DNA of 64,000 bases from Candidatus Latescibacterota bacterium (lineage in GTDB: Bacteria > Latescibacterota > UBA2968): positions 3,936,001 to 4,000,000 of the forward strand of contig OZ242311.1 in assembly GCA_965207885.1 (NCBI GenBank). The letters are read 5' to 3'. Shown here piece after piece: positions 1 through 9,960 of the stretch. The notes below the pieces were generated by a model. It had not been told where the DNA came from. It saw only the letters and a list, made by a program, of their open reading frames with translations, and searched no databases. The position numbers and the translations under genes are program-made. Numbering within the stretch: position 1 is the stretch's first letter; each line of letters starts with the position of its first letter.

Positions 1-749
1 TGCGGGTGATACACCTCGCTGAAAAACCGACGGTGTTCTGGCGAAAGTGAATTGAGCATCTCATCAGTAAACCCGGGTTTGTGATGGCGCACATTGATGT
101 GATTATAAGCATAAAACAGAGCCATCCGTGGCTCGTCCTGCGTCCAAACACAAGACGTATGGCGCACAGCCTCGGAAAAAACCAGCAGAGAACCCGGCGG
201 ACAGCCATACGTATCCCACACCCCCGAATCGGGATCGTCGAACAAAGGCAGCTTTTTCCTGTAATTGGACTTGTGGCTCCCCGGAATAAACGCCGTCCCT
301 CCTTTTCCCTTCTCCACGCCATTTAATTCCCAAACCACCCTCGTCATCCCGGAATAAATCCGCCCGTCGTGATACTGATAGCTATAATTGGGATTCACGG
401 ACTTACCCCCGGCATGCGGCGTCCATCCCCTGTGATTATCTCCCTTAAAGCGACAAGACAAAAAAGCGCCTTCCAGACGGATCTTCTCGGTCTCATCGTC
501 AATAACCGTATGTAACACCCGCATAATCGCCGGATGATCGATCAATTTCGACGCGGGACCACCTGGCAAACAACGCGCCTCGGGCGGCAAAGAATCTCTA
601 TCGGTACGCAATTTCTCACACTGTTCCACAATCGGCGCCATCTCATCCTCGCTCAAAACAGCCGGAAAGAGAATATACCCCCTCAAGTCAAACATCACGG
701 TTTCTTTCTCCGTCAAAGTCGGCGACCATTCTTTTCCCGAAATACCCAT
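1..749 (-). CDS. Phytanoyl-CoA dioxygenase (PhyH)-family Fe(II)/2OG oxygenase, 3' end truncated by window edge
   Basis: Not in ORF track. Manual translation from ATG 749 (GGAGG RBS upstream): MGISGKEWSPTLTEKETVMFDLRGYILFPAVLS...PGGPASKLIDHP...PHAGG...GGTAFIPGSHK...CPPGSLLVFSEAVRH. Clear paralog of 7919..8737. Confidence 0.85.
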   Translation of the reverse strand, partial: MGISGKEWSPTLTEKETVMFDLRGYILFPAVLSEDEMAPIVEQCEKLRTDRDSLPPEARCLPGGPASKLIDHPAIMRVLHTVIDDETEKIRLEGAFLSCRFKGDNHRGWTPHAGGKSVNPNYSYQYHDGRIYSGMTRVVWELNGVEKGKGGTAFIPGSHKSNYRKKLPLFDDPDSGVWDTYGCPPGSLLVFSEAVRHTSCVWTQDEPRMALFYAYNHINVRHHKPGFTDEMLNSLSPEHRRFFSEVYHP

Positions 750-765
750 CGCAAAACCTCCCGTT

Positions 766-2073
766 TTAATTCCTCTCCACCCACCACATATCCCGATGTT
801 TTTCAGCCAATGCCTTGAGTTCTTGCGCCACATCGGGATACTCGTCAATCACATTCGTCGTCTCGTAGGGATCGTTTTCCATATCAAAAAGCGACAACTC
901 GATATGCGCGGTCTTGTATTCCCCTGGCGCTCCATCATTGCCCGCTTCCACAAGCGTGCGATAATCGTGTGGCAAATGCAACTTCCACTTGCCATCTCCA
1001 CTGACCACCCCATCGAAAGTTCGCCCAGTTGAAACCGGATAATACACATGCGAATTCGTCGCATCTGGCTGGCACGTCACAATATCCCAAACATCGACCC
1101 CATCAATCGTATAATCCGGCAAATCCGCCCCCGCCAGCTTCGCAAACGTCGGCAAAAAATCCACCGAACAAAATGCCTGATGCGATACCTCACCCGCTGG
1201 AATGCCATTAGGATAGTGCATCACACACGCCGAGCGCGTACCCCCGTCAAAACCCGTCCCCTTTGCCTCGCGATAAGGCGTCTTCCCCGCGTGATTGCCA
1301 TAAGAAATCCAGGGACCATTATCCGACGTAAAAACCACAACCGTATCATCTGCCACACCCGCTTCTTCAAGCGCATTCATAATCTCACCCACACACCAAT
1401 CAATCTCCATCATCACATCGGCATACAAACCTTCCCCCGATTTTCCGTCGAACTTATCGCTGCAAAACAGCGGCACATGCGGCATATTGTGGGGCACATA
1501 CAGGAAAAACGGCTCATCGGCATGACGCCCGATAAAATCGACCGCATGCTCCGTGTACCACGTCGTCAACATCTTCTGCTGCTCTGGCGACACATCGTCA
1601 ATAACAATCTCGCCATTTTTCCAGAACTGCAATTCCATAGCGTCAAAATTCCTGCTCTGCGGATGGTATTTCCACATATCATTGGAATACATCAAACCCG
1701 ACGACTCATCAAACCCCCGAGCGGGTGGACGCGTATCCTCGTGATCGCCAATATGCCACTTGCCAAACACGCCCGTTGCATAACCCACAGGCTTGAGCAC
1801 CTCGGCAATCGTAGCAAAACTCGGGTCCAAACCTCGCGCCCGGGGCGGAATCGCGCCATAAACCTTATGCCTGCCCGGATAACACCCCGTCAACAATGAC
1901 GCCCGCGACGCCGAACAAACCGCCTGAGGCACATAAAACTGGTGATAACAACACCCGCCTGCAGCCAATTTCTCCACATTGGGCGTCGGATACGCCGTCT
2001 CTCCAAATGGACGAAAATCCGCCCATCCGGAATCATCTAAAAAAATCACTACAAAATTTGGTCTTCGGTTCAA
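766..2073 (-). CDS. Arylsulfatase (formylglycine-dependent sulfatase)
   Basis: PNFVVIFLDD, CSASRASLLTG, GKWH, FTSDNG motifs; TTG start with GGAGG RBS. Confidence 0.92.
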   Translation of the reverse strand: MNRRPNFVVIFLDDSGWADFRPFGETAYPTPNVEKLAAGGCCYHQFYVPQAVCSASRASLLTGCYPGRHKVYGAIPPRARGLDPSFATIAEVLKPVGYATGVFGKWHIGDHEDTRPPARGFDESSGLMYSNDMWKYHPQSRNFDAMELQFWKNGEIVIDDVSPEQQKMLTTWYTEHAVDFIGRHADEPFFLYVPHNMPHVPLFCSDKFDGKSGEGLYADVMMEIDWCVGEIMNALEEAGVADDTVVVFTSDNGPWISYGNHAGKTPYREAKGTGFDGGTRSACVMHYPNGIPAGEVSHQAFCSVDFLPTFAKLAGADLPDYTIDGVDVWDIVTCQPDATNSHVYYPVSTGRTFDGVVSGDGKWKLHLPHDYRTLVEAGNDGAPGEYKTAHIELSLFDMENDPYETTNVIDEYPDVAQELKALAEKHRDMWWVERN

Positions 2074-2190
2074 GATGTAATCCTCCTTAAAAACTGCATT
2101 ACAGTATGCATTGTTCTTGACGACAACGCCCTACTACCCGATTATTATAGAACGAACTTGCTTTATCAGTCAATCTCTCTGGAGCTTTCA

Positions 2191-3093
2191 ATGGCAACCA
2201 TCTCCGAAGAAGCCACCTCCCGCGTCACCGAAGACGACGTGGCTTTTTACCGCGAAAATGGATACCTCGTAATCCCCGATGCACTCACCCCCGAAGAAGT
2301 CGAAATCCTGCGCGGCGAAACCACTGCCCTGTGCCGCGGGGAGCGCGGCGACATAGGCAATTTACCAGCCATCTCGTCCGACGACACCGACGACGACGTG
2401 ATCAAGCGCATCCTGTGTATCCACCACGTACACAGAATCTCGCCCATCATGTACGACGCGCTATCCCATCCCGTCATGGTCGATGGCCTTACGAGCGTCA
2501 TCGGTCCCAATGTCAAATGCATGCAATCCATGCTCTTCATCAAAAGCGCGGGAAAACCCGGACAAGCATGGCATCAGGACGAAATCTACATCCCCACCCG
2601 CGACCAGTCACTCACAGGTGGCTGGTTTGCCCTGGACGATGCCACCACGGAAAACGGCTGCTTGTGGGTCATTCCCGGCTCGCACAAACGCGGCATATTG
2701 TGGCCCCAACACGTACAGCACGACAAGCGCTTTGACTGCGCCCATGAAACCTTCCGATTCCCCTACACAGATGACGACGCCATCCCCGTCGAAGTCAAAA
2801 CAGGCGCGCTCGTCTTCTTTCACGGCTACTTACTCCACCGCTCGTTCCCCAACCGCGCCAAATCAGGCTTCCGTCGCGTACTCGTCAACCACTACATGAG
2901 CGCGGAATCCCTCCTCCCCTGGCGCAATTTGAAACCCGGCGAACGCATGGCAACCGCAGACATGCGAGAAATCATCATGATCGCAGGTGAAGACCCCTAT
3001 GCGTACAAAGGCACCAAAATAACGGGACAACCGCACGTGCGCACGGCAGGCGATGGCGGATGCGGCGACGGCAGGCAAGACGTGCGATCCTGA
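2191..3093 (+). CDS. PhyH-family Fe(II)/2OG dioxygenase
   Basis: FYRENGYL, WHQD, ENGCLWVIPGSH, distal LLHRS; GGAG RBS before ATG 2191. Confidence 0.92.
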   Translation: MATISEEATSRVTEDDVAFYRENGYLVIPDALTPEEVEILRGETTALCRGERGDIGNLPAISSDDTDDDVIKRILCIHHVHRISPIMYDALSHPVMVDGLTSVIGPNVKCMQSMLFIKSAGKPGQAWHQDEIYIPTRDQSLTGGWFALDDATTENGCLWVIPGSHKRGILWPQHVQHDKRFDCAHETFRFPYTDDDAIPVEVKTGALVFFHGYLLHRSFPNRAKSGFRRVLVNHYMSAESLLPWRNLKPGERMATADMREIIMIAGEDPYAYKGTKITGQPHVRTAGDGGCGDGRQDVRS

Positions 3094-3098
3094 AACCC

Positions 3099-4514
3099 TC
3101 ACTGGTACTGATCGCCCGGCGCGGGCAAGTACGTTTTCGCAATCTCCGGGTCGGTCTCTGTATCCTCAATCAATTCCAAAAGCGCCCTGTGCAACCGCCT
3201 TGCTTCTTCGGAATGCTCGGCAATCACATTATTTTCCTGACCGGAATCTTCCGGCATATAAAACAACTCATCCACGCGGCGCTCGGGCATATTGCGACAA
3301 TCGTAGCGCTCAGTGCGAATCGGTTTAGGACCCCTGTATTTTAGATCTTTATTGGGCCAATACACCAGCGTCCACGTACCATCGGTTATGGTAGCAGGCA
3401 CAGTGCCCCAGCTATCATTCAAATTGCGCCCGCTAATTGCAAAATCCCGATGCTCCACCGTCTTACCCGACAAAACATCGGCAAATGACTCTCCCTGCAC
3501 GCCATTGGGCACATCCAATCTCGCCAATTCGCAAAGCGTGGGAAACACATCCACCGGCTGCACCAGACTATCCACCTGATTGCCCGCCATCGCCCCATCC
3601 GGATGATACACCATAAACGGGATATGAACCATCGGATCGTAAAGCTGCCCCCAATCTCCCCAGGGCTTGCCCTGCAATCCGTGATCCCCAAAATAGTGCC
3701 CGTGATCTGCCATCAGCAAAAAAACCGTATTTTCCTTTAAGCCCAGCACATCTATCGTATCCCACAACATCCCCAACCACCGATCCGTCATCGTCACCTC
3801 AGCCGCGTATAATGCGCGCACGTGATTGAGTTCCTCATCCGTCATATAATTGCTGAACCCATAACACGGATAAATAAGCTCATCGCCTTCATAACCCGGA
3901 TCGTACATATCCACATAATACTGCGGCGGATCCCACGGCTCGTGCGGATCCCACGAATCGATCCACAGAAAAAAACCATCCTTCACATAATTCCGCTCCA
4001 GCCAGTGCATCGCCTCGGTAAACACGCGAGGACCCAGATAATCCGATTCAAACAACCGCCCGCGCTGATTCGCCAAGTAGCGAATCACCCCGGATTTCAC
4101 TTTATCCTCACTGGCTGGCCATTTGATCTCCTCCAACGCATCGCTAATCCACGGCTCACCCCCCTGCCCGCGAATCCACGAAATAGAACCAAATCCGCGA
4201 TCCAGAAAATTGCCCTGAGTCATAAACATCGGCGTATCAAAAATCAGCCCGGTTGTATATCCTTCGCGGCGAAAGCGCTCGGCCATCGTGGGCAAATTCT
4301 GTTCCATTTTATCCCATGTATTAAACGGATGTCCCCAACGTCCCGTAAACAAATCGCGCCGACACGGCAGGGTTGGAAACGATCCCGAATACGCCTTAGA
4401 AAACACCAGCGACTCACGCGCGATGCGATCCATATTCGGCGTCCTTGCCCGGTCGCCATAAGCACCCACGTGATCTGCCCGCAACGAATCCAGCATCACA
4501 CAAATAACGTTCAC
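3099..4514 (-). CDS. Sulfatase-like hydrolase (alkaline phosphatase superfamily) with Thr at the nucleophile position
   Basis: GTG start with GAGGAG RBS (VNVICVMLDSLRADH); TLPCRRDLFTG, WDPHEPWDPP, ADHG. Confidence 0.85.
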   Translation of the reverse strand: MNVICVMLDSLRADHVGAYGDRARTPNMDRIARESLVFSKAYSGSFPTLPCRRDLFTGRWGHPFNTWDKMEQNLPTMAERFRREGYTTGLIFDTPMFMTQGNFLDRGFGSISWIRGQGGEPWISDALEEIKWPASEDKVKSGVIRYLANQRGRLFESDYLGPRVFTEAMHWLERNYVKDGFFLWIDSWDPHEPWDPPQYYVDMYDPGYEGDELIYPCYGFSNYMTDEELNHVRALYAAEVTMTDRWLGMLWDTIDVLGLKENTVFLLMADHGHYFGDHGLQGKPWGDWGQLYDPMVHIPFMVYHPDGAMAGNQVDSLVQPVDVFPTLCELARLDVPNGVQGESFADVLSGKTVEHRDFAISGRNLNDSWGTVPATITDGTWTLVYWPNKDLKYRGPKPIRTERYDCRNMPERRVDELFYMPEDSGQENNVIAEHSEEARRLHRALLELIEDTETDPEIAKTYLPAPGDQYQ

Positions 4515-4530
4515 AGTTTTCTCCTCATCT

Positions 4531-5514
4531 TTAAAGATGCCCAACGCCCCGCAACACCGCCTCTTGAACCAGCAACTCGTGTTCATAAGATCTATCCGGC
4601 GCACGCGTACCTCGGATAGCCGGTAAAAACGCCTCCAATTCCAAATCGTACAAATCCTGCCGCGATTGTTGTGCCACATCGACAAATTGAACACCCTCTT
4701 CAAACCCATCGCGCGCCTCGTCCAAACACAGACGGATTTTCTCCGTAGGCTCCATCGGCTCCATAATCGCACTCCCCTTTGTGCCATACACCTCAAACCG
4801 ACGCGCGTTGGGCCGCGGCTCCAGCGCCGCGATATCGACAATGGCTATCGCTCGCTCAAATTCAAAAATACCCACCCCATTATCGGTAAAACCCTCGACA
4901 TCGAGCATATCCTCGCGCAAAAATGGCGTCACGCGCTCGGGCCTGCCCAAAAGATGGACAATCTGATCGAGCTGATGCCCACACAAATCGAAAAACACCC
5001 CACCCTGATGCACCGCGACAACTTTTTTCTGCGCTCTACCCAGAAACGTGGACATATGCGCCCGAACCGCAAACACATCGCCCAACAAACCCGAATGCAC
5101 CCACTCTGCGATCTTGCAATACCCATCGTGATACCGAAACATGTATCCCATCTGAATCAGCAAATCCCCCTCCCGTGCCCGTGCGATAATCCGCTGCCAT
5201 TGATCCCAATTTTCCCCAGCGGGTTTATCGTACCACACATGCTTCCCCGCCCGAATAATGGCCTCTGTCTGATCCAGACTCTCGACATTTGCACCCTCTG
5301 ATGCAACAGCCACAATCTCATCATCATCCAGCATTTCCGCTTCCGACTCAAACCAATAAACGCCTTCATAACGGCCCGATTGCGCCATCTCACCACGGCG
5401 TCTCTCATCGGGTTCAAACACACCAACCACCTCCACCTCTGCATTGGTTTGCATCGACTGCAATTTTCCGACTGCGTGACCGTGTTTTGTACCGTATTGC
5501 GCCATTTTAACCAT
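4531..5514 (-). CDS. Gfo/Idh/MocA family oxidoreductase
   Basis: AGKHVWYDKP, GYMFRY, GGVFFDLCGH, FEVYGTKG. Confidence 0.88.
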   Translation of the reverse strand: MVKMAQYGTKHGHAVGKLQSMQTNAEVEVVGVFEPDERRRGEMAQSGRYEGVYWFESEAEMLDDDEIVAVASEGANVESLDQTEAIIRAGKHVWYDKPAGENWDQWQRIIARAREGDLLIQMGYMFRYHDGYCKIAEWVHSGLLGDVFAVRAHMSTFLGRAQKKVVAVHQGGVFFDLCGHQLDQIVHLLGRPERVTPFLREDMLDVEGFTDNGVGIFEFERAIAIVDIAALEPRPNARRFEVYGTKGSAIMEPMEPTEKIRLCLDEARDGFEEGVQFVDVAQQSRQDLYDLELEAFLPAIRGTRAPDRSYEHELLVQEAVLRGVGHL

Positions 5515-5525
5515 AGCTCACCCTC

Positions 5526-6362
5526 CTAAATGTCAACAAACTCGCGTTGTGCCCGTTCTTGTTCCGCCACATCCAGAATGCGTCGAATCAGCAAACTTTC
5601 CAGACGTGGAATATTTGCCTCACCACTTTCAAAAAGATCCATAATCGCCCCGGTAGAACGCGGAAAAATCACCGCCCGATCTACCTCCATATACCGCGTT
5701 TCTTCTGTCGTCGTCACAACAGCAGCCTGCGGCGTCCTGTGTTTTTCATTCATATTGATCACCGCGGTTCGGTTGCCCGTAAAATCAATCAAAATCTGAT
5801 TGTACTTTCCCTTACCCCGGCGCATCAGCCTTTTTGCCCTCGTCCCCATACAACTCACCACAATTTCTGTCGGATGAATCCCATACTCATCGAAAGACCG
5901 TCCACTCTGCCAGACAACCAGGTGTTTCACCTTGCGGGGACCGACTTCTCGCACAAAATCCTGCACATTGCTATACCGCAGTGCAGACGAAGTCTGTATT
6001 GGAACGCGATACTTATCTGCAAGCGCGAATATCTGTTGCGCCGTATCGAGATCGGGTGCAAATGTCTTATCCACATAAGTCGCCTTGCCGAATGGAAAAA
6101 TCGCCTCACACATTGCCAGATGTCGCTCCGGAGTCCTCGGCGCCAGAACGAGATAATAATCAACCACATCGTTCAAAGCCTGCACGTCCGAAAAATAGGG
6201 CACCCCATTTTCCTCTGCCCAGGCGAGACTCGACTTCTGGCGAATACCCGTACAACCCGTCACCTCAAATCCCCGGTCCTTCAATTCATTCCTGAACGCA
6301 CTCAAATACACATTTGCGTGAAAATTATTCAGATCGAGATCGTAAAAACCGACGCGTTTCAA
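5526..6362 (-). CDS. Gfo/Idh/MocA-like NAD(P)-binding protein
   Basis: TTG start after AAAGGAG; GKATYVDKTFA, SSALRYS, YGIH motifs of the short Gfo-like subfamily. Confidence 0.7.
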   Translation of the reverse strand: MKRVGFYDLDLNNFHANVYLSAFRNELKDRGFEVTGCTGIRQKSSLAWAEENGVPYFSDVQALNDVVDYYLVLAPRTPERHLAMCEAIFPFGKATYVDKTFAPDLDTAQQIFALADKYRVPIQTSSALRYSNVQDFVREVGPRKVKHLVVWQSGRSFDEYGIHPTEIVVSCMGTRAKRLMRRGKGKYNQILIDFTGNRTAVINMNEKHRTPQAAVVTTTEETRYMEVDRAVIFPRSTGAIMDLFESGEANIPRLESLLIRRILDVAEQERAQREFVDI

Positions 6363-6396
6363 GCGGCGAACTCCTTTCAGAATAGGGGTCAATAGA

Positions 6397-7902
6397 TCAC
6401 CTCAAACCCAGCCGTACATACTGTTCCGGGGGCGCATCACATGCTTCCATCCCCTGAATCAACAGATCCACCATTCGTTTTTCAACCTCCGGATTCTCCA
6501 GCGGATTTTCCTGTTTTGGATCCTGTTCCAGATCGTATAACAAAGTCCCAAAATCATGGATTCTCAACAACCTGGGACTAAACCCCTTGCTATCCCGCCC
6601 AGTGTGAATCTTCAGCACCTCACACCCTTTGGTAAAACTGAGCGGTTCGGAAAGCGCCATCTTGCCCACCAATTCCTCTGGGGCAAAATGAGATCGGATA
6701 TGGGTTGGCATCAACGTATATTCAAACAGTGGCTGATTTTCCCGATCTGCCGATGCCCGCATATACACATACCGCCCATCCGTCACATTGCCCTGATGTC
6801 CGTGCATCCCAAAAACCGCTGCCTCCCGCACCGCCGTATCGTTATCCACCGCATCGCCAAGTGGTTTGCCGAGCATATCCACTGTCGGCTCCAAACCAAA
6901 AAAGTCCAGCAACGTCGGCCCCAGATCAATCGACGGCTGCACCAATGCCTCCCGCCGTTCCCCTTTCTTACCGCACCGCGGATCCCAGATAAAAAACGGT
7001 GTATGAGCCACTTCCTCATAAAATGGCATCCACATCTTTGCCCAGCAATCGTGCTCACTCAGCAAAAACCCGTGATCGGTCCACACCACCAGCAACGTAT
7101 CTTCCCACATCTCTAATTCATCCATCAAATCCAGCACATCGCCCAGCTTGGCATCGCACATCGACAGCAACGAAGCATATTCAAACCGCATATGCTCAAT
7201 TTGCTCTCGCGTCTCTTTCACCGGTTCATAGCTCGGCCAATCGTGCAACGGGCCGTCGTAATCGCGATAATGCTCGGCGTAGAGATCCTTAAACTTGCGC
7301 TGAGAAAAAAACGGCTCGTGGGGATCAAATGTTTCAATCTGCAAAAACCAATTGTCTTCCGTGTAATTCCGCCGAATAAAATCAATCCCCGCCTCAAACG
7401 TCTTCGACTGGGGTTGATCTTCTTCCCGACGCATAAACTGCCGATTGATCAAATCCTGTCGGGACAGGTCATCTTCACCCGAATTTCGCCCATACGTATT
7501 TTCCGTAGAAGGATCTGCCACCTGCCCCTTCCACAGATCCCCTTCCTGTCCCCTGAAAAACTGCCAGGTGCTATACTGGGTGTGATACGTACACCCGCCG
7601 TCTTCCCAATAATGCTGATGATCGCTCACCAGATGGCTCGAAACACCATGCTCTTTTAACATGCGGGGCACCGAATCGTCAAACGGCTCCAGCGGTCCCC
7701 ACGAACGATGCAAAAAATTGGGCCGCCCCGTATGAAAATCCCGCCTGGCCGGCATACACGGCATCGAGCACACATAAGACCTGTCAAACGTCACCGCGCG
7801 CGCTGCCAACCGTTTAAAATTTGGCGTATGCGTCCAGTCACACCCATAGGGCGACAACAGATGTCGATTTAGTGAATCAAACATCACCACAACTGCTTTC
7901 AT
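6397..7902 (-). CDS. Sulfatase
   Basis: MKAVVVMFDSLNRH, CMPARRDFHTG (CxPxR), FDPHEPF, TDHG; GGAGGAG RBS. Confidence 0.9.
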   Translation of the reverse strand: MKAVVVMFDSLNRHLLSPYGCDWTHTPNFKRLAARAVTFDRSYVCSMPCMPARRDFHTGRPNFLHRSWGPLEPFDDSVPRMLKEHGVSSHLVSDHQHYWEDGGCTYHTQYSTWQFFRGQEGDLWKGQVADPSTENTYGRNSGEDDLSRQDLINRQFMRREEDQPQSKTFEAGIDFIRRNYTEDNWFLQIETFDPHEPFFSQRKFKDLYAEHYRDYDGPLHDWPSYEPVKETREQIEHMRFEYASLLSMCDAKLGDVLDLMDELEMWEDTLLVVWTDHGFLLSEHDCWAKMWMPFYEEVAHTPFFIWDPRCGKKGERREALVQPSIDLGPTLLDFFGLEPTVDMLGKPLGDAVDNDTAVREAAVFGMHGHQGNVTDGRYVYMRASADRENQPLFEYTLMPTHIRSHFAPEELVGKMALSEPLSFTKGCEVLKIHTGRDSKGFSPRLLRIHDFGTLLYDLEQDPKQENPLENPEVEKRMVDLLIQGMEACDAPPEQYVRLGLR

Positions 7903-7918
7903 ATCTCCTCCTGTTTGA

Positions 7919-8737
7919 TCAAATCCCCACTTCCAACCGATGGGTTGTATCCACAACCGGATCATCTCCCTCAATAAACCGCGCCATCGTATTGTGTGTT
8001 GCCGGTCGAGTTTTGAAATCCGCAATCCACGGCTGCCTGAAATAAGCCTGTTTTTCACGGGGCAAATTTTCCAGCACCACCGGTGGAATATTTAACCGGT
8101 GCCAGTGCGTCGCCAAATGCGAATACGCGTGCAAAATCGTCACCCTGGGCGTATCGCGCTGCCACACAGGACCTGCGTGACACACATTTTCTGTAAAAAA
8201 TAGTGCACTACCCGGCGGGCACTCATACGTCATCAAAAACGGACTGCGCTCCCCCTCCTTCAACGACAAATGCGCCTCGTGCATTGGGAAATTGGCCTTG
8301 TGACTCCCCACAATAAAATGGGTGCCGCCATCCCCTTTATTCACCCCCGACAGTTCAAAAATTACCCGAACCATCCCCGCATGGATGCGCCCAGCCTGAA
8401 CCCGATACCCAAAAATGGGATCTATCTGCCTCGGACCCCCTCCGTGCAATTCGCCATGGGATTGGCCCTTCTTTCTCCAAACACACCCGGCTGCCTCCAG
8501 CCGAATCTCTGGCCCGATAATCTCGTGCAAAACATCGATCACCTTCGGATGATCGATCAACACACTCGCCGGTCCACCGGGAACGGCGCGATGTTCGGGA
8601 GACAAAGATTCGGAATTGTGCTTAATCCGATCAATCTGATCCACAATCGCCGCCACTTCGTCTTTCGATAAAATCGCCGGTCGAACCATAAACCCCGCCA
8701 AATCAAATCTAAATCTCTCCTCTTCGGTCAAGCCCAT
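7919..8737 (-). CDS. PhyH-family Fe(II)/2OG oxygenase (HxG variant)
   Basis: FRFDLAGF, LHGGG, GGTHFIVGSHK, CPPGSALFFTENVCH; GGAGG RBS. Confidence 0.85.
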   Translation of the reverse strand: MGLTEEERFRFDLAGFMVRPAILSKDEVAAIVDQIDRIKHNSESLSPEHRAVPGGPASVLIDHPKVIDVLHEIIGPEIRLEAAGCVWRKKGQSHGELHGGGPRQIDPIFGYRVQAGRIHAGMVRVIFELSGVNKGDGGTHFIVGSHKANFPMHEAHLSLKEGERSPFLMTYECPPGSALFFTENVCHAGPVWQRDTPRVTILHAYSHLATHWHRLNIPPVVLENLPREKQAYFRQPWIADFKTRPATHNTMARFIEGDDPVVDTTHRLEVGI

Positions 8738-8787
8738 AGCGAATTCCTCCAATATCTTTGAACGTACACTCCCTTCCAACGCTCTTT

Positions 8788-8816
8788 AGAATATAACGCC
8801 ATTCACGCTAAGTCAA
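8788..8816 (-). promoter_or_regulatory. sigma70-type promoter for the leftward PhyH/sulfatase operon
   Basis: TTGACT-17 bp-TATTCT on the minus strand. Confidence 0.55.
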
Positions 8817-8832
8817 ACGAGATAACTCTGCC

Positions 8833-8861
8833 TTGACTTCCCAATTCCAAATCCCTACCAT
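8833..8861 (+). promoter_or_regulatory. sigma70-type promoter for the homocysteine methyltransferase operon
   Basis: TTGACT-17 bp-TACCAT, back-to-back with the divergent promoter. Confidence 0.55.
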
Positions 8862-8898
8862 GCAATTGCTTTTGATCCATCATGTTAAAGGACAAGCA

Positions 8899-9951
8899 AT
8901 GGATAAACAAATTCCAAAGCGCGGGCTGTTGCAGCGCCTGAACGAAAGCGGTGTAATATGCGCCGAAGGGTATGTGTTTGAACTCGAACGCAGGGGATAT
9001 CTCCAGGCGGGAGCTTATGTGCCCGAAGTCGTCTTAGAACACCCCGAAGCAGTCGCCGCTTTACACCGCGAATTTTTGCGATCCGGCTCAGATGTTATAG
9101 AAGCCCTCACGTATTATGCCCACCGCGAAAAACTGCGTCTAATCGACAAAGAAGAACTGCTTGAACCCCTTCAAAAAAACGCCTTATCAATCGCCCACGA
9201 CATAGCGCGCGAAGCCGCTGGAGAGCCACCTCTGGTCGCGGGCAATATTTGCAACACAAATATCTGGCATCCCAATGACAAAGCATCCGACGCGCTTGTT
9301 CGCGGCATGTTCGAAGAACAAATTAACTGGGCAGCCGAGGCAAATGTCGATTTTATCATCGCCGAAACCTTCTCTTTTTTTTGCGAAGCGCGAATCGCTC
9401 TCAAAGCCATCAAAGAAACTGGCCTGCCAGCTGTCGTCACCCTCACCCCGCACAGAGAAGACGACCTCAGAGACGGGATTCCCCTCGAAGTCGCTGCCAA
9501 ACAATTAGAGCAAGATGGCGCGACCGTCGTCGGTATTAATTGCGCGCGGGGTCCCCAGACCATGATGCCCGCTGTCGTGCGCATCCGACAAGCTGTATCG
9601 TGCCATGTCGCGGCATTACCCGTCCCCTACCGCACCACCCCTGATCATCCCACCATGCAGTCTCTCCGCGACCCGCGCTTGCCCGAAGACCGCCCCTTTC
9701 CCACTGCGCTTGATCCCTTTACCTGCAATCGGTATGAAATGGCAGAATTTGCCAGAGAAGCATACAGCGCGGATATCCGCTACCTCGGCGTCTGCTGCGG
9801 TGGCGCGCCTCATCATGTTCGCGCTATTGCAGAAGCACTCGGACGCACGCCAGAAGCCAGTCGCTATTCGCCAGACATGTCCAGGCACTATGCCTTTGGC
9901 ACTCACAAAAGCCTGAAAAAATACAATCTGGACAATGCAAAAAATCTCTAA
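8899..9951 (+). CDS. Homocysteine S-methyltransferase family protein (betaine-homocysteine methyltransferase-like)
   Basis: EGYVFELERRGY, LHREFLRSGSDV, Zn ligands GINC and GVCCG. Confidence 0.88.
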   Translation: MDKQIPKRGLLQRLNESGVICAEGYVFELERRGYLQAGAYVPEVVLEHPEAVAALHREFLRSGSDVIEALTYYAHREKLRLIDKEELLEPLQKNALSIAHDIAREAAGEPPLVAGNICNTNIWHPNDKASDALVRGMFEEQINWAAEANVDFIIAETFSFFCEARIALKAIKETGLPAVVTLTPHREDDLRDGIPLEVAAKQLEQDGATVVGINCARGPQTMMPAVVRIRQAVSCHVAALPVPYRTTPDHPTMQSLRDPRLPEDRPFPTALDPFTCNRYEMAEFAREAYSADIRYLGVCCGGAPHHVRAIAEALGRTPEASRYSPDMSRHYAFGTHKSLKKYNLDNAKNL

Positions 9952-9960
9952 TACAAGACC

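Noticed and set aside
6067-6075. Perfect DnaA box TTATCCACA
   Set aside because: It is a single copy inside a CDS with no cluster or AT-rich unwinding element.
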